A stretch of 64,000 bases of DNA from Rhodothermales bacterium. GTDB taxonomy: Bacteria > Bacteroidota > Rhodothermia > Rhodothermales > Bin80. This document shows positions 39,826 to 49,264 of this stretch, piece after piece. The stretch spans positions 656,727 to 720,726 of the forward strand of contig OZ242302.1 of the NCBI GenBank assembly GCA_965208025.1. The letters are read 5' to 3'. The position numbers were made by a program, and so were the translations under genes. The notes beneath the pieces were generated by a model. The model saw only the letters and a program-made list of their open reading frames with translations, was not told the origin of the DNA and made no database searches. Within the stretch, counting starts at the first letter, position 1. Every line of letters starts with the position of its first letter.

Positions 39826-41480
39826 TGGGGAATTTCTTTTTTGTTTTCGCAAACGTTTGGCTTATTTTTCGGTCAGACTGTTTTGCTTTAGCCTTGTTTT
39901 GTTGAGAACTTCTCCTGATTGGAGCGTCCATCTTCTTCCTGCCCAGAGATTTGTCTGTGTTTTTCCATAAAACTTGCTGATCAACCATGAAAAAGAAGTC
40001 ACTTCATCAAGCCCCCAAGCGTTTGAGAAAACCGTTTCTGCTTGAAGCTGTCCGGGAGTGTTTTGCCTCCATTGCGGACCCGATTGCGGGGCGGGGCTTC
40101 GTGCTTACGGATTCCCTCATGTCGGGGCTTGCCATCTTTTCGCTCAAGGATTCTTCGTTGCTTCAATTTGATCAAGCGGTGAGGGATGAAGCCCTCCCTG
40201 TCCATCGTAATCTACAAACTCTGTTCGGTGTCGCGCGGGTTCCTTCGGACTCTGGATTGCGGAAGCGTCTGGATGGGTTGGATCCACGAAGTTTGCGGGA
40301 TGCGTTCAAGAGACTGTTTTCCTTGGTGCAACGGGGGAAAGTTCTTGAGGACTACAAGCATATGGACGGGCATCTTCTTCTATCGTTGGACGGAACGGGT
40401 TATTTTTCTTCCAAGACGGTCCATTGTGTACACTGTTGCGAGAAGCATCATCGGGATGGGAGCACGACGTATTATCATCAGATGCTCTGTGGAGCGATTG
40501 TGAGTCCAGATCAAAAGGAAGTGATTCCATTGGCACCGGAGCCGATCTTGAACACGGATGGGGCCAAGAAAAACGATTGTGAGCGAAACGCATCCAAGCG
40601 GTTTATTGAGGATTTCAGGCGGGAGCCCCCGCACTTGAAGGTGATCTTTCTTGAAGATGGGATTGCATCGAATGCCCCGCATATCCGAGAGTTAGAGGCA
40701 AAGAATCTTCGGCGAGGGGCAAAGCCGGGCGATCATAAGTTTTTGTTTCAGGAACTGGAGAGCAAGGCCCAGACATGGGAGACGAAGGAAGACGACGGCA
40801 CCGTTCACCAATTCAGCTATCTCAACCATGTTCCGCTGAACGCATCCAATCCAGATGTAAAGGTGAATCTGCTTGCGTATCATGAGATCAAACCTGGAAC
40901 AAAGAAGCGTCCAACTCCCAAGATGAAACGGTTTTCATGGGTAACGGATTTAGCGCTAACCAAAGACACGCTCATGAAGATAATGCGAGCAGGACGGGCA
41001 AGATGGAGGATTGAGAACGAGACGTTTCACACATTAAAGAACCAAGGCGATCACTTTGAGCATAACTTTGGACATGGTCATCAGTATCTATCCAGCGTGC
41101 TCGGATCCCTGATGCTCCTTGCATTTTTGGTGGATCAGATTGAGATGCGGTGCGATGAATACTTCAGGATCGCTCTGGCGAAGATGACGCGACTCCTGTA
41201 CGTCCGAGAGAGAGTACGGGGAATACTTCGGGAGTTTGTGGTAGAGAGTTGGGATTTTTTGTACAAAGGGATTGCAGAGGGATTCAAGATTACCGTACAA
41301 ATTGATTCATCGTAGCCAAATCAGACCTGAGGGCGGCGAGGCAGCAAAAGTGATTTTAGGTGCCATGGGATAGCTGTCTCCACGCGTGAGCAGATGGGCG
41401 AAACTAGGGACAGCTTGAACCTTAATTGAAGAAAAAACCTGTTTGAGAAAAAGGGAAATGCAATCACGTTACAGAAAACT
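39826..41480 (+). mobile_element. Insertion sequence carrying the 39987-41315 transposase (ends approximate)
   Basis: There is imperfect inverted similarity between about 39833-39885 and about 41420-41475 (atttc..ttttt..caaac..ggt(t)ca(a)g(a)ctg), judged by hand. This segment looks more GC-rich than its flanks. Confidence 0.35.
39987..41315 (+). CDS. DDE transposase (IS4-like superfamily)
   Basis: 442 aa. LLLSLDGTGYFSS, a Cys/His cluster (VHCVHCCEKHHRDG), IFLEDGIASN and RWRIENETFHTLKNQGDHFEHNFGHG form a DDE triad context typical of this transposase group. Confidence 0.85.
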   Translation: MKKKSLHQAPKRLRKPFLLEAVRECFASIADPIAGRGFVLTDSLMSGLAIFSLKDSSLLQFDQAVRDEALPVHRNLQTLFGVARVPSDSGLRKRLDGLDPRSLRDAFKRLFSLVQRGKVLEDYKHMDGHLLLSLDGTGYFSSKTVHCVHCCEKHHRDGSTTYYHQMLCGAIVSPDQKEVIPLAPEPILNTDGAKKNDCERNASKRFIEDFRREPPHLKVIFLEDGIASNAPHIRELEAKNLRRGAKPGDHKFLFQELESKAQTWETKEDDGTVHQFSYLNHVPLNASNPDVKVNLLAYHEIKPGTKKRPTPKMKRFSWVTDLALTKDTLMKIMRAGRARWRIENETFHTLKNQGDHFEHNFGHGHQYLSSVLGSLMLLAFLVDQIEMRCDEYFRIALAKMTRLLYVRERVRGILREFVVESWDFLYKGIAEGFKITVQIDSS

Positions 41481-41571
41481 ACTTCATAAAACCAAATTTG
41501 GTGATTTGAACAGAGTTAGTGGGAGCATCTGTAAAATGAACGGATTTGTGAAATGTTAATATTATGATCTA

Positions 41572-43305
41572 TTGTGTACTTATGTCTACTTTCTGATGAC
41601 TATTTATGCCGAATTCTTCACGTCTCCCACCTACAAAGCCCAAATCTACTATGAAGCCCTCCGTGCCTACTATGTGGAGGGAATCTCTGGAACCGAAGTC
41701 GCCAAGCGGTTTGACATCCCTTATGGCACCTTCAAGAATCTTTGCTATGAGTTTCGCAAATCGCCCAATGCTTTGTTCTTTTGGACTCCTCCCAAATCTG
41801 CTTCCAAGCCCGCTCCTGATTCACTGCGTGCGCGCATCGTGGAGCTCCGAAAAACACACAACGTTTCGATCCATCAAATTCCCTCTCTGCTACGGAAAGA
41901 AGGGCTTGATGCAACCCCGTCTTATATCAGTAAGGTGATCCGTGCGGCAGGGCTTCCACGCCTGCCCACTCGGCCCCCTTCACCTAAACCCGCACAGGCC
42001 ACGCGTGCTGATTGTCGCGCGCTCAACTTATCACCACATAAGTTCTCTACCAGTTTTGGCGGACTTTTTCTCTTCCTGCCAGACTTGGTTAAGATGGAGA
42101 TGGAGTCCTTAGTCCAACATTTGCCAGGATCCAAGTTCATTCCTGCTCCCTGTATGATCCGTTCCTTGTTAGCTCTCAAGCTCTGGGGGATTGGACGACA
42201 TACTCATGTGATGGCAAACACCATGGACGAGGGACTCGCACTCTTTGCCGGACTCAATGGCATTCCAAAACGGTCCACATTAAGCGAATACAGCTCCCGA
42301 TGTGATCCCCACTTCACGCAACCGTTTACCCATGGATGGCTGGATGCCGCTGCGCATCTTGGCGCAGGGCTGGGCCGTGGCACTTCGTTTGATCTAGATT
42401 TTCACACCATCCCCTATCATGGAGACAAAGCACTCTTGGAAAAACACTATATCAGTAAGCGGAGTCGGCGACAATTAGGGGTTTTGACCTTTCTGGCGCG
42501 GGATGCCAACCATCGCGTCTTTTCCTATGCCGATACGACGGTGCACAAAGAGAACCATTCTCTGGCAATCCAGAACTTTGTGGATGACTATGCGCAGCGC
42601 ACGGGTACGAAACCCTCTGAGTTAGTATTTGATAGTGGTGTGACCACCTATGAGCAGTTGGGACGCTTAACGCAGCAGAAGATTCACTTTATTACCTTGC
42701 GCCGCCGTCACAAATCGGTCATGGATGAGATCCAGAATCTCCCCCAAACGCAATGGCGCGCTATCAAGCTGACCAACATAGGACGCAACTATCGGAACCC
42801 AAGTGTCCTGGAGCAGACTGTGAAGCTGAAAGGGTATCCCGACGAGTTACGACAAATTGCCATTCAAGGGCTTGGACACGACCGCATGATTCTCTTGATC
42901 ACCAATCAAATGGAACGGTCCGCTTCCCATTTGATTGATCGCTATGCACGGCGGATGGTCATTGAGAATGTCATCAGCGATACGATTGACTTCTTTCATA
43001 TGGATGCCCTCAGCGCGGCTATTCCGATGAATATTCATGTGGACGTTCAACTCACGGTGATCGCCAGTCTGCTCTACCGAATCCTTGGCCTCCGAGCGAA
43101 TGAGCAGTGGAGCGTAGCTGAAAATCGTACCCTCTATGAATACATAGTTCCCAAACGTGCAACGATCCGATTGACCAAGGATGAGATCATCGTCAAGTAT
43201 CCCCGTCGATCCCACAACCCGTTGCTCATGGGGGCCAATTATCATAAAACAGAGCAACCGATTCCTTGGCTTGATAACAAAATTCTGAAAATTCAGTTCA
43301 CGTGA
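41572..43305 (+). CDS. Second, unrelated DDE-type transposase with N-terminal HTH
   Basis: 577-aa ORF; the start is likely the internal MTIYAEFF. Motifs: HTH GISGTEVAKRFDIPYGTF, FDLDFHTIPYHGD, LVFDSGVTTYEQL, YARRMVIENVISD. Confidence 0.75.
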   Translation: MCTYVYFLMTIYAEFFTSPTYKAQIYYEALRAYYVEGISGTEVAKRFDIPYGTFKNLCYEFRKSPNALFFWTPPKSASKPAPDSLRARIVELRKTHNVSIHQIPSLLRKEGLDATPSYISKVIRAAGLPRLPTRPPSPKPAQATRADCRALNLSPHKFSTSFGGLFLFLPDLVKMEMESLVQHLPGSKFIPAPCMIRSLLALKLWGIGRHTHVMANTMDEGLALFAGLNGIPKRSTLSEYSSRCDPHFTQPFTHGWLDAAAHLGAGLGRGTSFDLDFHTIPYHGDKALLEKHYISKRSRRQLGVLTFLARDANHRVFSYADTTVHKENHSLAIQNFVDDYAQRTGTKPSELVFDSGVTTYEQLGRLTQQKIHFITLRRRHKSVMDEIQNLPQTQWRAIKLTNIGRNYRNPSVLEQTVKLKGYPDELRQIAIQGLGHDRMILLITNQMERSASHLIDRYARRMVIENVISDTIDFFHMDALSAAIPMNIHVDVQLTVIASLLYRILGLRANEQWSVAENRTLYEYIVPKRATIRLTKDEIIVKYPRRSHNPLLMGANYHKTEQPIPWLDNKILKIQFT

Positions 43306-43477
43306 AAAGTCACAGCCATTTTTTCAATGGAAATTCAGGGTAGCCCATTCTTCTGGGTTCGTATCCAGAGCCTCAAACCTACTCCCATCTGTTTTCCTGG
43401 GAGTGTTATACTTGAACAGTCTTTCTCTCTTCACTAACATCTAAATCTGTCTGGCATGTTTCCAAAAACAATTCATT

Positions 43478-45364
43478 TCAAAGCGTTTGGTTAATCATCG
43501 AAAAGCATGTCTCAAAATTATTGAGTGTGTGATCCGAGAATGTGGGTAGGAACTCATTTCGGTGGCGGAGTAACATATCAGCAGGTTTACCATGATGAAA
43601 ATCTCCCCCTTTCTTACGCGCAATACGCTTCACAATCGGATCGTTTCCTTTTAGATTTGATGCCTTCAGTTCCTTTTCAAAAGCTTTATTGTACAGCGCC
43701 AGATAATCTTCCACATCAAATACATCCTCAATATCGCCGAATTGACCATTTAGCACTCGATCAATAGTTATGATCCGCCTTTCCTTTATATGATTTTGTT
43801 TCATAAGTAATTGTAGCTTCTGGTGTCCTTCAGTACGTGAATCTAACAATACTGTAAAATCAAGATTCTTACCTCCGAGTAATGCCACAAAAGTCGGAAC
43901 GAGATCCGCACCACCTACGGGAATTATTGTCCACCGCGAGTTGAGACCTTCTCTATTTATTTCAATCAAATAATCAGACAAGACAGAGAGGTAAGCGTGG
44001 TCCGAGGTGCCCTCCACCACGAGATTGTCTGGACCAATGAACAGGTTTTGGGCCAGGTCGTAGCCGAGTGCTCCCTGTAGCGGAAACAATGTATCACGAT
44101 CTGTGGCCAATATATCCTGTGAAATTATGGCACCTTTGTCTGGACCACAATCCTCAATCACTCGTGCGCGTTCAAGTTTGCCGGGTTGAATCATAAATGG
44201 AGAGTGCGTTGTGTAGATTACTTGGCAACGATTTGCCAATCGGTCATCTATGAATTTCAAGAAGTCAGACTGCGCCCTCGCATGTAATCCAATTCCTGGC
44301 TCATCCAATAGGATAACCACTGGCTTATCACTAGTTTCATACTCCGAGAATGCAGCAAGAAATGAAAAGAACCACTGAAAACCAGAGGAACGTTCTTCAA
44401 ATGGTAATGACAGCATATGCCTATCATCTCGCATCCTAAAGCGCAGTTCTTTGAGACCCTGTTCCTTTGTGATATCAATCTCAACACGAAGTTCGGGATT
44501 GGTTGTCCAATACTTAAGCACCTCTCGGGTGATGCTATTTGCTACATTCTCAAGCTCTCTCTTTCGCTCCTCGTAATCTTCCGCGAGAAGATATTCATTT
44601 TCCGCACCTGCCTGCATTAGCAGTGATTTCGCAGTTCTCTGACTCTCATCAAGTTGATCATCATTTGAATTGAAAAGTTCTTGAATTTTTACCACACCTG
44701 GTAGTTTATTGAACTCAGAGAAATAGAAGAACGCTGGAATTATCTGCTCTAAATTGGACTGGACCAACTGCGAGAAATCTTGATGCTCATTGAGGTAGTC
44801 TTTAATTCTTGAGTTTAACTGCTCAACAACGGATGCCATTGTGGGATCATCTTCTGATCTTTCTGACAAACCATCAACTATTCCTTGCAGGTCCTCAATT
44901 GAATTTGCTCTGCGAACAGCATCATCAATCGAATTGGATATTGACTCCTGATCTATCAGATTGCTTACTACTTTTGACTCTGACACATCATAGCGATAGT
45001 CAATTGTACCATCATACTTTCTACAAACAGTGATTTCGTTGGAAGCAATCACACCATCACCCAGTGTAGAGTGTAGGATGTCTATATCTGAGCCGTCAAG
45101 TGTGAACCATGCGGTTACTGCCTCAACATCATTGATATTAATGTCCTCTCTACGATGTTTTTTTTGAAGCCACGCTGGATAATGTCTAATCGCTTTAAAT
45201 TCTTTGTTACCTTGAGCGGGGTTGAGTCGGTACAGGGCTTTCAGGAAGGCAGTTTTGCCAGACTCATTCTTCCCAACAAGGCAGGTGACGTCGTCTTGAA
45301 TGTCAACTTCGGAAGAATCCAATATATTGCGAAACATTTGAACCTTTACTCGTGTCAGTTTCAT
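43478..45364 (-). CDS. OLD-family nuclease (ABC-type ATPase fused to Toprim)
   Basis: 628 aa. It starts MKLTRVKVQMFRNI, with Walker A VGKNESGKTAFLKAL, Walker B VILLDEPGIGLH, H-loop TTHSPF, and Toprim LVVEGTSDHAYL plus IIPVGGA. Confidence 0.85.
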   Translation of the reverse strand: MKLTRVKVQMFRNILDSSEVDIQDDVTCLVGKNESGKTAFLKALYRLNPAQGNKEFKAIRHYPAWLQKKHRREDININDVEAVTAWFTLDGSDIDILHSTLGDGVIASNEITVCRKYDGTIDYRYDVSESKVVSNLIDQESISNSIDDAVRRANSIEDLQGIVDGLSERSEDDPTMASVVEQLNSRIKDYLNEHQDFSQLVQSNLEQIIPAFFYFSEFNKLPGVVKIQELFNSNDDQLDESQRTAKSLLMQAGAENEYLLAEDYEERKRELENVANSITREVLKYWTTNPELRVEIDITKEQGLKELRFRMRDDRHMLSLPFEERSSGFQWFFSFLAAFSEYETSDKPVVILLDEPGIGLHARAQSDFLKFIDDRLANRCQVIYTTHSPFMIQPGKLERARVIEDCGPDKGAIISQDILATDRDTLFPLQGALGYDLAQNLFIGPDNLVVEGTSDHAYLSVLSDYLIEINREGLNSRWTIIPVGGADLVPTFVALLGGKNLDFTVLLDSRTEGHQKLQLLMKQNHIKERRIITIDRVLNGQFGDIEDVFDVEDYLALYNKAFEKELKASNLKGNDPIVKRIARKKGGDFHHGKPADMLLRHRNEFLPTFSDHTLNNFETCFSMINQTL

Positions 45365-45581
45365 TATGGTGTTTGTTTCTGGAGAGATATGAAGTCTACA
45401 GTTTATTTCACAAGAGTTGAAGTTCTATAACTTGACATTACGCATCCACAGTGAGAGCACTCGCATACATCCGTACCGCTTTTCAAGAAACCATTCTCCG
45501 TGGTTTAATTATCAAGTTGCATTAACAAGTGGATTAAAGTGAAGAAAGCGTTCATCCGATCACATTCATAGTTCAGGATAG

Positions 45582-45620
45582 AAAAAAGGGTATCCCCTAG
45601 GTAAAGGGATACCCTTTTTC
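45582..45620. terminator. Bidirectional rho-independent terminator
   Basis: 9-bp GC-rich stem gggtatccc/gggataccc (45588-45596 / 45606-45614) with a 9-nt loop, flanked by an A-run on the left and a T-run on the right. It lies 22 nt downstream of the 45642 stop. Confidence 0.75.
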
Positions 45621-45641
45621 ATTAAACATTGACGAATGTCT

Positions 45642-47051
45642 CTACTTCATTAGCATCATTTTGCCACTAAGACGATGACCAGCAACATCTAACTGGTAGA
45701 CGTAAGTACCAGAAGAGAGATCCGTAGCATTAAAGGTGGCGGTGTATTTACCGGCAACTAAATGCTCATCAACAAGCGTGGCGACCTCCCTGCCAAGCAC
45801 ATCATAGACTTTGAGGGTAGCCAGACCCGCGTCCTTCATTTCAAACTCAATATTGGTTTGAGGATTGAATGGATTTGGATAGTTTTGAGACAGAGTAAAT
45901 CCTTGAGGGATTTCCGATGGATCACGCTGAATGCTCGTAGGGCTTTGGTACTTGAATTTTTGGAGCGATGGTACTCCACCAGTATCCCACAAACCTACAT
46001 ATACATACATTCCATCAGGTGAGAATCCCATGGCACGCGTCTTCTGTTTATCATACTCACCTTCAGATAAGTTATATGTGAGACTGTCCACAAATTCGTC
46101 CGTCGCAGGATCAAGAGCGTACCAAGTCAGAAGAGTGTAAGCTCTTGAATCTCCTCCAATTCCAGAATGCTCTGTTGAATTACCAAACCAGAGATAATCA
46201 GTTCTGGGATCTCGTGAACTTGACTCGGCAAGTAGTCCTGGACGAACAAGTCCAGTTGTGTCAGCAAAATTTGCTTGGGTAGTGTAGGGAGAAAACTCAT
46301 CGGAGCGAGTATACTTGACTAAACCAGGTTTCGAGGTTCCTACTGCATCAGGCCAATAAACAGAATTACCATCAGCAGTTACCTCTAAATTACGCGCAAT
46401 ACCAATCGCAGAATCAGTTACAAGTCCTTCAAATCCAAATTCTGAATCAAATATACCGACGGGGTGTCCTCGTGAGACTACTTGCCCCAAATAAATGTTG
46501 CCATTTTCGTCTATCCCTGGTGAAACAGGTTGCGAGTAATTGCTAGCCGCAGATTCACCAAGAGTTACGGAGTTCATTACTTCACCAGTCGCATGATCAA
46601 ACCTAACAATTCTGCCGCCGAGATCACTCCAGGTTCGTCTTAGCGTGACAATGATGTCCCCATTATGATCTGATTTGACACCAGTAACGAAAGCAGGCCC
46701 GCCAAATCCCCCGAGAGTATCTCCTTCAACCACGCGAATTGGATCCCATGGTCTTGTACCGTCAGGATTAAATACGTGAAGAGGAGCGGACAAATATAAA
46801 GTATCACCATTCTCTCCAATCACTGGGCTGTTACTGGCTTGATCAAGCCAAATTTTTCCCGCGGCATCCACGGCAACCCCATGTGTTGCAAGTGTAAACG
46901 AAGAGTCTGGGGGGAAAACGCTCACAAATTCCCAATTCTGAGCACTGACAGAGCTACTCAAAACCAGAACTGAGGCAAAGAATAGAATCGTTTTGCGAAT
47001 CATGGTAAAAAGAGTTTTGTTAAAAGTATTGAATAAAGAAAAAGCTAACAT
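45642..47051 (-). CDS. T9SS-secreted beta-propeller-like protein (C-terminal sorting domain)
   Basis: 469-aa ORF; the likely start is MIRKTILFF at 47003, with a signal peptide. The CTD is LSQNYPNPFNPQTNIEFEM...LKVYDVLGREVATLV...SGTYVYQL...KMMLMK. Confidence 0.8.
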   Translation of the reverse strand: MLAFSLFNTFNKTLFTMIRKTILFFASVLVLSSSVSAQNWEFVSVFPPDSSFTLATHGVAVDAAGKIWLDQASNSPVIGENGDTLYLSAPLHVFNPDGTRPWDPIRVVEGDTLGGFGGPAFVTGVKSDHNGDIIVTLRRTWSDLGGRIVRFDHATGEVMNSVTLGESAASNYSQPVSPGIDENGNIYLGQVVSRGHPVGIFDSEFGFEGLVTDSAIGIARNLEVTADGNSVYWPDAVGTSKPGLVKYTRSDEFSPYTTQANFADTTGLVRPGLLAESSSRDPRTDYLWFGNSTEHSGIGGDSRAYTLLTWYALDPATDEFVDSLTYNLSEGEYDKQKTRAMGFSPDGMYVYVGLWDTGGVPSLQKFKYQSPTSIQRDPSEIPQGFTLSQNYPNPFNPQTNIEFEMKDAGLATLKVYDVLGREVATLVDEHLVAGKYTATFNATDLSSGTYVYQLDVAGHRLSGKMMLMK

Positions 47052-47080
47052 AAAAACCTATATCTGATAAAGATAGTGAA

Positions 47081-48334
47081 TTATCGATATCCCAATCGGC
47101 GTGATATAATTTGAACAATCCCCGAAGGATTTAGGCCAGTAGAATTCGTGGCACCATAAAGCAAACCCTCAGGACCCCATGCAAACCACCTTATGGGCTG
47201 GGTTAGCACGCCCGGATACAATGCCTCTCCAACTTGATCAGGATCAAGTACGATAATAGGATTAACACCATCGGTCCCAATATACAGGTGTCCGCTTGTG
47301 GCAATTGCAAGGGCATGTGGTGTCGCACTATTGAAAGATGTAAGATCAAATATCTCCTGAACTGCACCCAAATCTCCATTAGAATCAATTGAGAAACGCC
47401 ATACCTTACTGGTCTGATCCTGAATACCCGTGACATACAGAACATCACCAAAAAGGATGAGATCACGAATGTCAGCTTCAAAAGAATAGGTGGTAATAGT
47501 CATATCAGAATCAATTCTGTATATGTCAGTGTTGTCTCCAGCAGCCCATATACGATTATTTGAATCTACGGCAATAGAACTTATTTTAGTATTGCGGTCT
47601 GGAATTACTGCAAATACTTCAAAATTAGTCCCACCATCAGGAAACTGGAAGAGTGCTCGTACATTCCGGACAGCATAAAGTGCATTATCCGATCCAAATT
47701 CTAAGTCAAGCCAGGGGAATGAAGTATTGATATATTCACTGCGCTCACCCTCAGGAGTAATACGAATGATGCCAACTGGCAGACCAAATGCGAAAAGAGA
47801 AGCATAGAGATTCCCAGATGCATCCGTCGTAATGCCAAAGACATCCTCAAAATCTTTTATATCTCCGAATTCAATGAATGGAGCATCTAACGCGTAGGGG
47901 ATGCTGTTGCTGAAGTTTTCGGCGCCCACTACGGACATACGGAGTTGTAGCTCGGGTTGAGGCACATTTGGGACAAAGACACGGAGCTGGTTGGCCGAAG
48001 CCTCTAAGACATCTCCCCGGTCCGTTCCGAAATATACAAGATTGTCGGTGGGCTGAATGGAAAAGTTACTGCCCGTAATCGTTACCACATCCACGCCTGC
48101 AAGGGCCCTGCCCTCCGGCGTAATGTTCTCAATGACTGGATCAGGTAAGCTGGAACGGGTGGGATCGTATATACTGACCGCCGTCCCCGAGTCACAACCC
48201 GCCACCAGCGCGAAACAGAACACGCTGGTGATCAAAGCAAGTTGCCCCTGCCTATAAAGAGAATCGAATGGATAGTCGGTGAACATTCGATAGAATACCA
48301 AAATCAGTATACGAATAATCTGCCCCGAAACCAA
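47081..48334 (-). CDS. Lipoprotein with IPT/TIG domain and NHL/beta-propeller-like repeats
   Basis: It has a lipobox (FCFALVAGC), an IPT/TIG-like segment (ITPEGRALAGVDVVTITGSNFS...LVYFG...LRVFVP) and then blade-like repeats. The ATG-based 5' end overlaps the PorV-like gene, so a TTG start near 48235 is more likely. Confidence 0.65.
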   Translation of the reverse strand: MVSGQIIRILILVFYRMFTDYPFDSLYRQGQLALITSVFCFALVAGCDSGTAVSIYDPTRSSLPDPVIENITPEGRALAGVDVVTITGSNFSIQPTDNLVYFGTDRGDVLEASANQLRVFVPNVPQPELQLRMSVVGAENFSNSIPYALDAPFIEFGDIKDFEDVFGITTDASGNLYASLFAFGLPVGIIRITPEGERSEYINTSFPWLDLEFGSDNALYAVRNVRALFQFPDGGTNFEVFAVIPDRNTKISSIAVDSNNRIWAAGDNTDIYRIDSDMTITTYSFEADIRDLILFGDVLYVTGIQDQTSKVWRFSIDSNGDLGAVQEIFDLTSFNSATPHALAIATSGHLYIGTDGVNPIIVLDPDQVGEALYPGVLTQPIRWFAWGPEGLLYGATNSTGLNPSGIVQIISRRLGYR

Positions 48335-49256
48335 ATCCGCGGAGCGATTGCGTCAAACCAAAACCAAAACTCAGGCCCTGCTCATCGGCTGGGAATGAAT
48401 AACCCGCACGAAGGATAAATGTTTGAAGGAACGTATATTCCGTTCCAAGTTTGATCTGCTCAGAAAAGTCTCGAGGGTTCGACGCATCCACAGATAGCAT
48501 CAATTGATGCATGCTTGATCCATAATCAATTAAATCCATCATGTTCATGGATACACCGATGTTGAGGGTCAACGGCAGAGCAACACTCTCTTCACTGAAG
48601 GTAATCTCGGGTGCAAAATTCCGAGCACTGACAGCAAAGTTAAGACTCTGAAAACCCGTTTTGTACAAAACACCAAAATCATAAGCTAAAACCCTCTCTT
48701 CAACGTTATCCCGCTCATACTCGTCCTCCGAGGCAATACCCGTGACGGAATCGGCCAGATACTGGTTCGCAAGTTTGAACTGCGCACCCACGGAAAAACG
48801 ATCCGATAACTTTCGAGCATAACCGACTCCAAAACTCCATGCCGAAGGAGAGAAAGTACCAATATCTAAAAATCCTTGATCATTGTCAAATCGGATGGTC
48901 TCCTCCAATTCGCCATAGTCCACCATCAAGAAAGAAAACCCAATCACACCAAAGCGTCCACTCCCCGGCCGAAATGACACACTCCCAGTCGAATAGTTGA
49001 TTTCAGCAATCCATTGCGTCTGCCCAAGAGCAAGATCAAAATTGCTCTCTTGCCATGCCATGCCGCTGGGGTTATAGAATAACGAAGCGGATCCATGATC
49101 AATCGCGGTCAATGCATCCCCCAAGGCAGCAGCACGTGGATCAACCGAAACAGATAAGAACTTCATCGCCGTCTGAGCAAGCTTTTTCTGCTGAGCAGAT
49201 GCAGGAACTGCCAAAAGAAGCAGGAGCAGCAAGATATACTGAAATCGTCGGTGCAT
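48252..49256 (-). CDS. PorV/PorQ-family outer-membrane beta-barrel (T9SS shuttle paralog)
   Basis: I trimmed the ORF to MHRRFQYILLLL (signal peptide ...VPASAQ). TAMKFLSVSVDPRAAALGDALTAI...ASLFYNPSGMAW is the PorV/PorQ N-terminal signature, and it has an alternating beta-strand C-terminus ending in F-S-L. Confidence 0.75.
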   Translation of the reverse strand: MHRRFQYILLLLLLLAVPASAQQKKLAQTAMKFLSVSVDPRAAALGDALTAIDHGSASLFYNPSGMAWQESNFDLALGQTQWIAEINYSTGSVSFRPGSGRFGVIGFSFLMVDYGELEETIRFDNDQGFLDIGTFSPSAWSFGVGYARKLSDRFSVGAQFKLANQYLADSVTGIASEDEYERDNVEERVLAYDFGVLYKTGFQSLNFAVSARNFAPEITFSEESVALPLTLNIGVSMNMMDLIDYGSSMHQLMLSVDASNPRDFSEQIKLGTEYTFLQTFILRAGYSFPADEQGLSFGFGLTQSLRGFGFGADYSYTDFGILSNVHRLSIRFSL

Positions 49257-49264
49257 GGATAACG

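Noticed and set aside
39803-39988. A 61-aa Lys/Gln-rich minus-strand ORF between the small ORF and the transposase.
   Set aside because: It is low-complexity basic sequence within the presumed IS left flank, with no start context or recognisable fold. It is most likely spurious.
43478-45364. Calling the OLD-family gene a complete Gabija system.
   Set aside because: There is no UvrD/GajB-like helicase anywhere in the window. Only the GajA-like architecture is present.
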